IMG/VR virus record: IMGVR_UViG_3300032320_002688
Location: 1-64,000 of that record
Source of the DNA: a virus
Taxonomy: Duplodnaviria; Heunggongvirae; Uroviricota; Caudoviricetes
Direction: 5' to 3' (one strand)
Length of the DNA stretch: 64,000 nt
Below the pieces are notes generated by a model. It did no database searches and was not told where the DNA came from. It saw only the letters and a program-made list of their open reading frames with translations. Of this stretch, positions 8,687-17,488 are shown piece by piece (positions within the stretch are counted from its first letter, which is position 1; each line of letters begins with the position of its first letter). The translations under genes were made by a program, and so were the position numbers.

Positions 8687-8901
8687 TTTATTATACAGAT
8701 TTTATTCTTCCACTCAATCATATTAGCGTTACAAGACATGTGCCACTTCTCACCTACACCTTCAATCATATCTTTTGTAGTAAATGAAGGGCAGAATATT
8801 CTTACCTCAGAAGCATGATGTTCTACTCCATCAATAAGAACTCTCCATTGCAATTCATCTTCTGGTTTAGCATCTGTTTTATATCTTAATTTTACTATCA
8901 T
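8683..8901 (-). CDS. hypothetical protein
   Basis: 72-aa ORF with 4-nt overlaps on both sides. Confidence 0.4.
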   Translation of the reverse strand: MIVKLRYKTDAKPEDELQWRVLIDGVEHHASEVRIFCPSFTTKDMIEGVGEKWHMSCNANMIEWKNKICIIK

Positions 8902-9296
8902 AGTTTACCCTCTTCTCTCATTTGCTCTCTAATTTTAGTAGCTGATATTTCTTTTACTTCAGTTGGTGGTTCATGTTCAATAATATCGTATCCAACACCA
9001 CGTCCAAAATTAACTGAATCAATATCAGGTATAATCATTACTCTAACTCTACCTTCATCTATAAGATCAGCTAGTTCTTTATGTAAATTAGACATTACTT
9101 CAATAGAGTACCATGGATTTTTTTCATCGGGTTCTATATCGCGAATACAGATTAATACGTTTTTGTCTTCATTTAATCGTTGATCTATAAGCCAACGATG
9201 TCCTGGATGCCAGGGTTGCCAGCGACCAATAAACATTGAGTATTGTTTACCCTCAATCTTTAACTTGGGATCTGCTGTTGCGTGGTAAATTGCCAT
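8898..9296 (-). CDS. HxGH nucleotidyltransferase (cytidylyl/adenylyltransferase superfamily)
   Basis: FIGRWQPWHPGHRWL (HxGH) and C-terminal ISATKIRE (ISxT-IR motif). Confidence 0.6.
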   Translation of the reverse strand: MAIYHATADPKLKIEGKQYSMFIGRWQPWHPGHRWLIDQRLNEDKNVLICIRDIEPDEKNPWYSIEVMSNLHKELADLIDEGRVRVMIIPDIDSVNFGRGVGYDIIEHEPPTEVKEISATKIREQMREEGKL

Positions 9297-9750
9297 AACT
9301 AGATAATTGTGTTAATAGTTTGTAGTAACAATCTGTTAGTGTCTCGGTAGTGTCCATATCAATATAATTAGAAACAGGAGGTTCATAATCAGATACGAAA
9401 TAAGTTTCACGTCCTCTTTCCACAGAAGTATGGACATAAATTTCAACAAGATTGTTTTGCATTTCAATTTTAAATTCATCTCTAAGATCTTTATACGGAG
9501 CCACTAGAGCAACTACCACATGACAACCTTGGTAGTGGAGGAATTTAGCTATGTCTTGAGCACGCTTGATATTTTCAACTCTTCCCTCTTTTCCGTAATT
9601 AACATTCTTGAAAATATCTCTTAATTGGTCGCCATCAATAAACGCTGTTTTAACGTCTTGAGTTTGTAAATAACCGAGTAATTCTTTACCTAAAGTTGTT
9701 TTACCATGACCTGGTTGACCAGTAAACCAATATATCATACTTTTATTCAT
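9253..9750 (-). CDS. cysC: adenylylsulfate (APS) kinase
   Basis: MIYWFTGQPGHGKTT, FIDGDQLRDIF, RVENIKRAQDIAKF...VVVALVAPYKDLRDE align with CysC WFTGLSGSGKST / LDGDNVRHGL / RKENIRRVGEVA; start probably at an internal Met (track ORF extends to 9792). Confidence 0.75.
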   Translation of the reverse strand: MNKSMIYWFTGQPGHGKTTLGKELLGYLQTQDVKTAFIDGDQLRDIFKNVNYGKEGRVENIKRAQDIAKFLHYQGCHVVVALVAPYKDLRDEFKIEMQNNLVEIYVHTSVERGRETYFVSDYEPPVSNYIDMDTTETLTDCYYKLLTQLSSYGNLPRNSRSQVKD

Positions 9751-10123
9751 TTGAAGATATAGTTTTATTACAACCATATCTTTGTTTAACATCTTTTAAA
9801 TAAGCTATATCTATTTTTTTATAGCCTGTTTCTTCTTTTTCCAACCAATAACTACATTGTTTAACATATCGAATATAGTGTTCTAATTGTTCCATCACCT
9901 GTTTAGGGCGAGGATGTTTAATATTAAACTTATATTCTGCTAATAAACATGGTTGAAGAGAATTAAGGAGATCAGTAATCTCCTTTTTTCTCAATTCTTT
10001 AATGTCTACTTTGTTTCCAAAAACTGCTTCTAAATAAGTGGGGTCAAAATTCTTCTCCTTAAGCTTGTCTGATTTGTCAAGCTTGTTGAATAATTTCTTC
10101 GTTATATCGTTTATGTGATTCAA
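9743..10123 (-). CDS. hypothetical protein
   Basis: 126-aa ORF. Confidence 0.45.
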   Translation of the reverse strand: MNHINDITKKLFNKLDKSDKLKEKNFDPTYLEAVFGNKVDIKELRKKEITDLLNSLQPCLLAEYKFNIKHPRPKQVMEQLEHYIRYVKQCSYWLEKEETGYKKIDIAYLKDVKQRYGCNKTISSNE

Positions 10124-10136
10124 TACCCCAAGTCAT

Positions 10137-10409
10137 TTATTTTTTCTTTTGTGAAGAAGCGGGTTTTTTAGCTGCTGGTTTTGCTGCTGGTTTTTTAGTA
10201 GCTGGTTTTTTAGCTGGTGTAGGTTTTGCTTTAATTACCTCAGCAGTAGCAGGAGCAGATGTTTCATATCCTACTTCATGTGGGTAAGGGCATTTGTCTT
10301 CGTCAGCATAAATACCTTTCTTTTCAGCCTTGGCTTTCTGAACATTCTTAACTAAATAAGCTACAGTAAAAATAGCAATAGCAAGAATCAAAATTGTAAT
10401 CAATTGCAT
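10137..10409 (-). CDS. membrane-anchored protein with Lys/Ala/Pro-rich tandem repeats
   Basis: N-terminal TM helix; C-terminal KKPATKKPAAKPAAKKPA repeats; repetitive DNA gctgctggtttt/agctggtttttt. Confidence 0.5.
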   Translation of the reverse strand: MQLITILILAIAIFTVAYLVKNVQKAKAEKKGIYADEDKCPYPHEVGYETSAPATAEVIKAKPTPAKKPATKKPAAKPAAKKPASSQKKK

Positions 10410-10446
10410 AAATGTTTATTTTTGTTCTATTATAAATATGTATATA

Positions 10447-10626
10447 TTATGTTTTATTATAAATCTTCTCGTTGATATGACGTTGCAATGCCGGTGAAAA
10501 AAAACGACAACCATACGCAGCTTTTACTTCACGTTGCTCAGCTAATTCGTCATAACGAATTTGCATTAATCGTCTTCTCCTAGTTTTGATAGGTGGGTCA
10601 ATATAACTGTTTGGGCTTTTTCTCAT
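10447..10626 (-). CDS. small Arg-rich ORF (about 59 aa, below track cutoff)
   Basis: MRKSPNSYIDPPIKTRRRRLMQ... translated by eye from the reverse strand in an otherwise empty 235-bp gap. Confidence 0.25.
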   Translation of the reverse strand: MRKSPNSYIDPPIKTRRRRLMQIRYDELAEQREVKAAYGCRFFSPALQRHINEKIYNKT

Positions 10627-10644
10627 ACTGTAAATGTATGAAAA

Positions 10645-10929
10645 CTAATTTAATGTTCCAAATCTTTTAGCTAAAAATGGTTTCCAATTCTTTAGAATAG
10701 CAGTTACATAACTTAATTTAGGAGGAATTGTATTATTGATTAATAATTTCATAATCATTTCCTTCATATAAGAACGAGGCTCAATGTGGAAGTATTTATC
10801 TTCCCCAGCAGGAACCCATCGTTCAATTAATTCATCTATAGTTGATTCTATTTCGGGAGTAATATTCATACGAAAATAAATATGCCCGGTGTAGAAACAC
10901 CAGGCATTTAAAATTAAAGGTATGAACAA
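10645..10929 (-). CDS. hypothetical protein
   Basis: 94-aa ORF. Confidence 0.4.
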   Translation of the reverse strand: MFIPLILNAWCFYTGHIYFRMNITPEIESTIDELIERWVPAGEDKYFHIEPRSYMKEMIMKLLINNTIPPKLSYVTAILKNWKPFLAKRFGTLN

Positions 10930-11319
10930 TTATCCCACCTCCTCAGGTGAGAAAACTTCGTAATAACACATCCACTTATACTTGCGTTCCATTCTAACGG
11001 CTTCGCGTTCGTGAGGATGGTTTTTATAAGAATATATTTTATCTAACTTATAATATTCACGTTTTATACTATGAAAACGATAGTGAGTAAACTCGTGAAT
11101 TATAGTTCCAATGAAGCCCATAAACGTTCTATGTTTAAGAGCAAACACATGAATTTCATTTTTCCATGGATCATAATAGCCAGCAAATTGTCTCTTTGTT
11201 CTATGAAACACTAGTTTAGGATAAGCTCCGTTTATATGGCTATTACCAAACATTTTCTTACACCACTCAAATACTTTTACTGCGCTTCTTCTTGTTATGT
11301 CCTTCTTTCCCATTTTCAT
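10930..11319 (-). CDS. SprT-like / HExxH zinc-metallopeptidase-motif protein
   Basis: TIIHEFTHYRFH (HExxH). Confidence 0.5.
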   Translation of the reverse strand: MKMGKKDITRRSAVKVFEWCKKMFGNSHINGAYPKLVFHRTKRQFAGYYDPWKNEIHVFALKHRTFMGFIGTIIHEFTHYRFHSIKREYYKLDKIYSYKNHPHEREAVRMERKYKWMCYYEVFSPEEVG

Positions 11320-11608
11320 AACTCAACAAATTTATAAGGTTTTTAATTTCAGTACATTCCTCATATAACTCTTGTTCAGCATATATTGCTAAACAAGTAT
11401 CTAGGGCCATGTTCCACTGTTCGCGACTTAAAGAGAATCCGTATATATCGTTACTTCCCTTCTCTTTAAATTCAAACGCCGTTACTTCACTCTTTTGTTT
11501 ACTATAACCTTGTTTAATTGAGCCATAAATGGCCTCAGCAACCTCAATATCTTTTGATTCAACGCGCTCCCTAAATTCGGCAAAAGTACTACCTTCAAAT
11601 AGTTTCAT
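11267..11608 (-). CDS. hypothetical protein
   Basis: 113-aa ORF. Confidence 0.45.
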   Translation of the reverse strand: MKLFEGSTFAEFRERVESKDIEVAEAIYGSIKQGYSKQKSEVTAFEFKEKGSNDIYGFSLSREQWNMALDTCLAIYAEQELYEECTEIKNLINLLSYENGKEGHNKKKRSKSI

Positions 11609-11631
11609 ACGCGTTAATTTTATATAAATAT

Positions 11632-12066
11632 CTACGCCATTTTACTTTTGTAGATTCGTTGTTTTTTCTGCCAATTATTTTTTAATGACTGAACCATTTT
11701 ATCGGCGGCACATAATTTATTATTGTAATCCGTTTGTTCCTGAAGTTCAGCTTTTTTAGCTTCAACGTGTTTACAAGTTCGCTTATGTCCACTCCACCCA
11801 AACGAATGACACTCACAAGTCCAACGATTACCATCTAATTCAACAAGGTATTTTTTACCTTTACTACCATCTACTTCCCACTCAAGGTGAATTTCGAGTG
11901 CTGGATTTGGAGTATGTCTATTTTCCTTTCTAAACCATTTAACATCATTATAAGTGGTTTCCATAGGGACATCCTGCCATTTACCATCACATATTAAATA
12001 CTTTTTACCTGGTTCCTGAATCGATTCGAACAGAACTGGTACTGTAAATGAATGAGCAATAATCAT
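11632..12066 (-). CDS. SWIM zinc-finger protein
   Basis: WTCECHSFGWSGHKRTCKH (CxCxnCxH). Confidence 0.5.
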   Translation of the reverse strand: MIIAHSFTVPVLFESIQEPGKKYLICDGKWQDVPMETTYNDVKWFRKENRHTPNPALEIHLEWEVDGSKGKKYLVELDGNRWTCECHSFGWSGHKRTCKHVEAKKAELQEQTDYNNKLCAADKMVQSLKNNWQKKQRIYKSKMA

Positions 12067-12093
12067 AACCTTAATTTTTAATTTAAATAAAGA

Positions 12094-12128
12094 TACGAAG
12101 TGAGGGTTGGGTATCCAACCCTCTTCGT
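12094..12128 (-). terminator. strong rho-independent terminator hairpin
   Basis: ACGAAGTGAGGGTTGG-GTA-TCCAACCCTCTTCGT, about 15-bp stem, then T-rich tract on the minus strand. Confidence 0.6.
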
Positions 12129-12139
12129 ACTTATATTTA

Positions 12140-12952
12140 CTAAGCTGCTACGAATTGTTCAGCAATTTCCCACAATTGGCCGTTCAAAGCCATATCTTGT
12201 TGGAAGTTTTTAATTGGTCTTGCTTTACGCAATTTACCTTCTTCATTAACATATGTAAATGAACCACCTACAATTTTCTCTTGAACGCGGTTAAATACTT
12301 TCCATAATGTATTACCACTATCTTCGTTACGTTCAATAGCAAGTAACTCTTCAAGTTCAATACCTGTAACTTTAGCACCTCCGAAACGAGCATCAATTGC
12401 TTGTTGAGCAAATGCTTTCATTTCGTTTTCAGTCATTGTTTTAGTAATAAACATATTCATACGCTCAACAATTGAAGGTAAACCATCTACGAATTGCTTA
12501 ATATTGGTTTGTAATTGGTCAAATGAATAACCCATATGACGAATATTAAACGAACCAAAATCATGAGATTTAATTACTAATCCATTAGAACATACTAAAC
12601 GGAAAATACCAGCTTCAAACTTAAATGATGATTTTCCATCATGGCTATTTGTAAGCAATACTTGAGGATACATTGTACCATCATCACCATTGATTTCGAT
12701 ACTTGGATTAAAGAATTTAATCAGGTGTTTTTGGAAACCCGAATTTTTACGGCTGCGAACCATTGTCGCTTGACCTACTTTCCAACCTAACGCATCCATA
12801 TCGTCAATAATTTTTGACGTTGGGATAAACGTATAATTTTCTGATACTGCGTTAGACGCTTTGGTCTGATACGCTACTGGGCAAATTGCCTTAATTTCAT
12901 TACGCTCCATTCCTTGGAGATTCATCACTGAGGTTTGATTTCTGTTGTTCAT
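12140..12952 (-). CDS. DUF932-like phage/plasmid protein
   Basis: LLTNSHDGKSSFKFEAGIFRLVCSNGL resembles the DUF932 nSHDGSS core; recalled, not searched. Confidence 0.45.
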   Translation of the reverse strand: MNNRNQTSVMNLQGMERNEIKAICPVAYQTKASNAVSENYTFIPTSKIIDDMDALGWKVGQATMVRSRKNSGFQKHLIKFFNPSIEINGDDGTMYPQVLLTNSHDGKSSFKFEAGIFRLVCSNGLVIKSHDFGSFNIRHMGYSFDQLQTNIKQFVDGLPSIVERMNMFITKTMTENEMKAFAQQAIDARFGGAKVTGIELEELLAIERNEDSGNTLWKVFNRVQEKIVGGSFTYVNEEGKLRKARPIKNFQQDMALNGQLWEIAEQFVAA

Positions 12953-12990
12953 AACATTTATTTTTTAATTTTTATACCTTAACTGGCAAG

Positions 12991-13004
12991 CGTAAAATTA
13001 CGAC
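12991..13004 (-). promoter_or_regulatory. near-palindromic motif CGTAA-AA-TTACG (site 2)
   Basis: identical 14-mer to 5407..5420, upstream of the DUF932-like gene. Confidence 0.4.
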
Positions 13005-13061
13005 AGCACTCTGAGGTAGCCAAGCTTCCCTCGAGTACTTTCAAAGACTTTTATAGAACGC

Positions 13062-13084
13062 GCGAAATCAACGCGCTATGTATT
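13062..13084 (-). promoter_or_regulatory. conserved intergenic element, site 2
   Basis: gcgaaatcaacgcgctatgtatt versus gaaaatcaacgagctatacatt at 5589..5610. Confidence 0.35.
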
Positions 13085-13089
13085 AAAAA

Positions 13090-14034
13090 TTATGCATATC
13101 CATATGTAATCATGTCATCTCTGTACACATCTTCAATAAGACCACGGTGATCTTCGAGTATTGATCCGAACTGTTCATGAATTTTAATTTTTTCTTCATT
13201 ATAACTCTTAATAAATGAGTCATATGTTGGATATTTAGCTTGAAATTCTAGGTCTGGATTTAAACCTGGTTGTATGAATTGTTTTAATTCCCATTCATGT
13301 TCGTAAGGCATAGTTTTAATAGAATCCATATTACTTTTCTCAATAAAAATAGTTAAGGGAGAAGGATCTAGATTAGGAAAGGCATTTTTAGTAACATCTA
13401 TTCCTCCCCATTTACTTAATTCATCTTTAAAATCATCCATCCATACATCCATTGTTTCAAAAGGTAAAATTCTTAAAGTATATGGACGTGGGGTTTTTAG
13501 GGATAAAAAATTAACTTGAGGCCATGCATGAATAGGTATGCTACATAAATTAACATTATCCCATCCTTTAGATTTAATAATATGTAAATTGGTAATAAGT
13601 AAGTGGAGTTGTTCTTCACTACTATGTCTATCATTTACAAACCAAGAATCAGTATAAAAACTTTGATAAGGATTTCTGGAAACAGGAGTTATTTGTGGGC
13701 GTTTAAATCTTTTGTGAAGTAAAGTTTCATAGGCAAATGATTTAAATCGATCAAATGGATTTCTAACCATAGTAAAGAAAAAATAATCATGAAAATCAGG
13801 AATATGCTTATAAATACTTACTAAGGGTTCATGTCTGTTTGTTGAAAACGAAACATCACCATTTAATTTCTGCTTTGCTGATGGGTGAAGGGGGCATAAA
13901 TCTATGTTCCATAAAAGATTTACATTACTAGAATGAGGAAGGGAAGAAAATGACCTTATTAAAAATTCGGTCATTGAACTAGATCCTGCTTTAGGAACAT
14001 CTATGAATACAGTTTTTATTGCAGAAATAATCAT
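13090..14034 (-). CDS. sulfotransferase-family protein
   Basis: IDVPKAGSSSM (PAPS 5'-phosphosulfate-binding-like PKxGSS) and MVRNPFDRFKSFAYE (RxPxxRxxS 3'-PB motif). Confidence 0.65.
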   Translation of the reverse strand: MIISAIKTVFIDVPKAGSSSMTEFLIRSFSSLPHSSNVNLLWNIDLCPLHPSAKQKLNGDVSFSTNRHEPLVSIYKHIPDFHDYFFFTMVRNPFDRFKSFAYETLLHKRFKRPQITPVSRNPYQSFYTDSWFVNDRHSSEEQLHLLITNLHIIKSKGWDNVNLCSIPIHAWPQVNFLSLKTPRPYTLRILPFETMDVWMDDFKDELSKWGGIDVTKNAFPNLDPSPLTIFIEKSNMDSIKTMPYEHEWELKQFIQPGLNPDLEFQAKYPTYDSFIKSYNEEKIKIHEQFGSILEDHRGLIEDVYRDDMITYGYA

Positions 14035-14035
14035 A

Positions 14036-14665
14036 CTATAAATAATTTATAAATTCTTCGCCGTTAGATTTTTCATCTATAAGGCCTAATTGTTTTAAAT
14101 GCTCACGATAATGTTCATCCAACTCCCAATCAACCTGAGCTGTTTTAGGTTGGTCAACATAATCTTCAATTGATAATATTTGTTTATTACTATAAACGTC
14201 ACCAACAAATAAAAAGTAACAATTGTAGCAATATAAGTCTAAATTTTCACGTTTCCAATTTTTCTTATTACTATCTTTAAAGTTAAGTAATAATGGAACT
14301 CGATAATCAGTTACTCGTTGTTCATTAAACCCACATTTAGAACAACATTCAGGTAATATTGCCTCTTGTATTAATCGACTTTTAAGTTTATTTACACTAT
14401 AGGATTCAATATACAATTCACCACTTAATATTTGTTGTAATGCTGGTTCCTTGCCTTTATTAGACATAAACTTATTAATACCCCTACCAGCTTGGTTCTT
14501 ATGTAATTCAAATAATGACTTACCTGATGTTTCATCCATCAATATCTTAGCAAACTTTTTATAGTGCTGATATGAGCAATTCAAATAACGAGCTGCTGAG
14601 CGATTACTTTTGGTAACACGCATTGCTCGTAATATATCTTCTTTGCTGATTGGTTTAGGTAACAT
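14036..14665 (-). CDS. putative DNA-binding protein with C-terminal zinc ribbon
   Basis: N-terminal HTH-like ILRAMRVTKSNRSAARYL; CCSKCG ... CYNCY. Confidence 0.4.
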   Translation of the reverse strand: MLPKPISKEDILRAMRVTKSNRSAARYLNCSYQHYKKFAKILMDETSGKSLFELHKNQAGRGINKFMSNKGKEPALQQILSGELYIESYSVNKLKSRLIQEAILPECCSKCGFNEQRVTDYRVPLLLNFKDSNKKNWKRENLDLYCYNCYFLFVGDVYSNKQILSIEDYVDQPKTAQVDWELDEHYREHLKQLGLIDEKSNGEEFINYL

Positions 14666-15078
14666 TAGCTAAACAATGATGGGTTTATTTTACATAATAG
14701 ATTAAATAAATCCTCTGCTGTTTCTAATACAACTTCTTTATTATCTTGATCTAATAAATAATTGACAGTACCATCTGGATTTATTCTGTCATACAAATAA
14801 AATGATACTAATTCAAATCCTTCTTTACCTAAATAAAGTAACAATAATGAATCTATTATTTGATAAAAATCTTCATTATAATTGTCTAATACAATTCTAA
14901 AATCAGTAGCAAGTAATATTTCTCGAGTAATAACTGACTCACACAGGTTAATTACCTGCATGAATATTTCTTTTTTACGTTCAGTATTATTCTTTTTCTT
15001 ACGTTTTAGTGAAGTTGAGGCATTGAGCAATTCATCAAACGCTCGCTTTAGTTCTTCGTTTCTTTCGGGGTTGCTCAT
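14665..15078 (-). CDS. hypothetical protein
   Basis: 137-aa ORF. Confidence 0.45.
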   Translation of the reverse strand: MSNPERNEELKRAFDELLNASTSLKRKKKNNTERKKEIFMQVINLCESVITREILLATDFRIVLDNYNEDFYQIIDSLLLLYLGKEGFELVSFYLYDRINPDGTVNYLLDQDNKEVVLETAEDLFNLLCKINPSLFS

Positions 15079-15394
15079 GTAACAATTTATTTTGTAACTC
15101 TTTTATTTCAATACACATTTCAAAATTATCCTTTTCAGCATGGAATTTAATTACTGATTCCAATGCAGGTACCCATTTATCTTTTTCAAGTATAATTAGG
15201 GTACCTGATGTATTAATTTCAAATAGATGTGCTTCTTGTTTTTTGTTAACAACAGCGTTTTTAATACTATTGTATGTTTCATAGAATACTGATTCCTGAA
15301 ATTGAAGTGATTCCACTAATTCAGCAGATGTGACTTGACTTAAATCAACCATCATCTTAGGAATAGATCTATTTTTTGATTCTTTGGTTATCAT
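15035..15394 (-). CDS. hypothetical protein
   Basis: 119-aa ORF. Confidence 0.4.
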   Translation of the reverse strand: MITKESKNRSIPKMMVDLSQVTSAELVESLQFQESVFYETYNSIKNAVVNKKQEAHLFEINTSGTLIILEKDKWVPALESVIKFHAEKDNFEMCIEIKELQNKLLHEQPRKKRRTKASV

Positions 15395-15843
15395 GCTTTT
15401 AAAACAAAGTCTTGGAAGAATATAACTAATGAATCTAATGGGATTAAAAAGGCAGCTGCGTTTTTTTCAGGTGCGTCTAAATCTCTGTCTAATTCAAGTT
15501 TATATTTTGCAAATTTAGGAGATAATTGAACTGCTAAATCGTTTGAAATTTTATCTAATTCTTCTTTGGATATTAATTCTCTTTCTCTACCATTTTCTAA
15601 TGGGAAGAATTTAATTTTGATACCTTTTTTAGTTTCATTTCTATTAACATCAAACGTTACGTTGAATTGTTGATCGCCTAATGTTGCTTTATATGTGCCA
15701 ATTTCATTTATTGTAGGGTTGTACATGCTTTCATCATTAGCATCTGATTCATCCTCATTAATAAAAAATTCTTTTAAACTATATTTTCCCATTATTATGT
15801 ATTTGTAATAAATATTTAAGATACTTGAGAATCGCCTCTCCAC
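15391..15843 (-). CDS. hypothetical protein
   Basis: 150-aa ORF. Confidence 0.45.
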   Translation of the reverse strand: MERRFSSILNIYYKYIIMGKYSLKEFFINEDESDANDESMYNPTINEIGTYKATLGDQQFNVTFDVNRNETKKGIKIKFFPLENGRERELISKEELDKISNDLAVQLSPKFAKYKLELDRDLDAPEKNAAAFLIPLDSLVIFFQDFVLKA

Positions 15844-16211
15844 ACGCGGTATGAATCGCTATCAAAGTGTTCAGTTGATACTTCAAATACGATACCATCG
15901 GTAAGTGCTTCTAATTGATGTGGTTGACCAGGTAATTGTCTTACACTATCACCTTCACGTAGATGTTTTTCAACCACCTCAGCAGTTTCAGTGTTAATAT
16001 ATCTGTATATAAATTCACCTTCTTTAACATACCATGTTTCATCTTTAATCATATGGTAATGCATACTGAATTTAGCACCTGCTTTAAAACAAAGCAATTT
16101 ACCACAATACAAATCATTATTTTCAAATATGATTTCATGTCCCCATCCTTTAGGCACATTACACTCTTTACATTCTTTAGCATTAAATACTAATGGTTGC
16201 TTATAAGCCAT
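15816..16211 (-). CDS. cupin-domain protein (possible sugar isomerase/epimerase)
   Basis: FSMHYH...DETWYVKEGE cupin motifs; sits in the sugar locus. Confidence 0.5.
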   Translation of the reverse strand: MAYKQPLVFNAKECKECNVPKGWGHEIIFENNDLYCGKLLCFKAGAKFSMHYHMIKDETWYVKEGEFIYRYINTETAEVVEKHLREGDSVRQLPGQPHQLEALTDGIVFEVSTEHFDSDSYRVWRGDSQVS

Positions 16212-16641
16212 AATTCATAATTTTAGTTGTTGAATATTTTTCTTGTCGAGGCCAAAATTTTATATTTTTAAGATATTGTCTTCCTACTATTGGTTTATTT
16301 TGATAATCACTTCCTATAACATAAACATCGGGATTGATTGCCCTTATCAAGGTAATAAGTGATTCATCTGAATCAAATATAAACACATTAGAAGTGTAAT
16401 TTAATGCTTCTAACATTTCTTTACGTTCATAAACATTATGGAATGGTCTATTATCACCTTTTTTATCCTTAACACGTTCATCTGAATCTATTGCTACATA
16501 TAGTTTACCAAACGAAGCAGCAAACTCAAGCAATTTAAAATGTCCATAATGTAAAACATCAAACGTACCATTTACAAATACTTTTGTTTCATTAATAAGT
16601 TTCATATTCAATTTCGGTTGCACCCAGACCCCAATTTTCAT
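16201..16641 (-). CDS. sugar-1-phosphate nucleotidyltransferase, HldE/RfaE domain II-like
   Basis: VFVNGTFDVLHYGHFKLL matches HldE domain II FTNGCFDILHAGHVSYL. Confidence 0.7.
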   Translation of the reverse strand: MKIGVWVQPKLNMKLINETKVFVNGTFDVLHYGHFKLLEFAASFGKLYVAIDSDERVKDKKGDNRPFHNVYERKEMLEALNYTSNVFIFDSDESLITLIRAINPDVYVIGSDYQNKPIVGRQYLKNIKFWPRQEKYSTTKIMNYGL

Positions 16642-16699
16642 CGTTGTCTGTTTCGTTAAAAAATTCTACATAACGCCAAGCGTCATTGTATGCTTTAGC

Positions 16700-17488
16700 T
16701 TAACCCTTAAATGCACCTTTGTTTTCAAGATCGGCAACACGTGTTCCATCTGCTTTAGTAAAATATGCTCCGTGTTCCATATGAAATAAAGCGGGTTGAT
16801 AAGCAACAGCTAATTTAAAGTCATTTATTGCTGCTTTCTTTTGAATATTAGTATCACAAAAACATTGATACAACATTGATTCTTCAAATCCCCTAATCCA
16901 ATGCCATACTTTAGAATGTGCTATTTGAAAGTCACCACAGCAGTTAATTAATGAATATTTGTCATTAGGAGTAACTTGAGCTGGAAAATGACGTTCTGGG
17001 ATTGTATTACATAATTCATCTCTTAATTCACGCCATCCATCTTTACCATGTTTGTAAACTAATTCTTTAGGTGCTTCACGTCTTGAAACAGTAACAAATG
17101 ATTCGCTTCCCATTTCATTAATTAATTTATCTAATTCTTCACGTTTAGGAGGTATAATATCAAGGTTAGTTGATACAATAAAATCAGTTGATAAACGTCT
17201 TATACCAATATTTCTGCTTATTGCTTCATTACATTGTTGTGCTGTAGGGTCATTATGTGTTAATATAGAAGCGATGTTTGGAGGTATCATGATATGTTTC
17301 AATTTACCTGTTTGAGGTAATTGATCCTTAATTTCCCAAAAGAACGAACCCGATGGTGAGTTCCAATCGATATAAATTACTTCATCAAATGTATCCAACA
17401 TTGATCTGAAGTGGATAATACCACGTTCAAAATCTTTGTACCCATCATTTCTATTTACTACTACTGCTCCTACTGACATAATATTCAA
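16700..17488 (-). CDS. hypothetical protein (possible glycosyltransferase)
   Basis: 262 aa, located inside the glycan locus. Confidence 0.4.
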   Translation of the reverse strand: MNIMSVGAVVVNRNDGYKDFERGIIHFRSMLDTFDEVIYIDWNSPSGSFFWEIKDQLPQTGKLKHIMIPPNIASILTHNDPTAQQCNEAISRNIGIRRLSTDFIVSTNLDIIPPKREELDKLINEMGSESFVTVSRREAPKELVYKHGKDGWRELRDELCNTIPERHFPAQVTPNDKYSLINCCGDFQIAHSKVWHWIRGFEESMLYQCFCDTNIQKKAAINDFKLAVAYQPALFHMEHGAYFTKADGTRVADLENKGAFKG

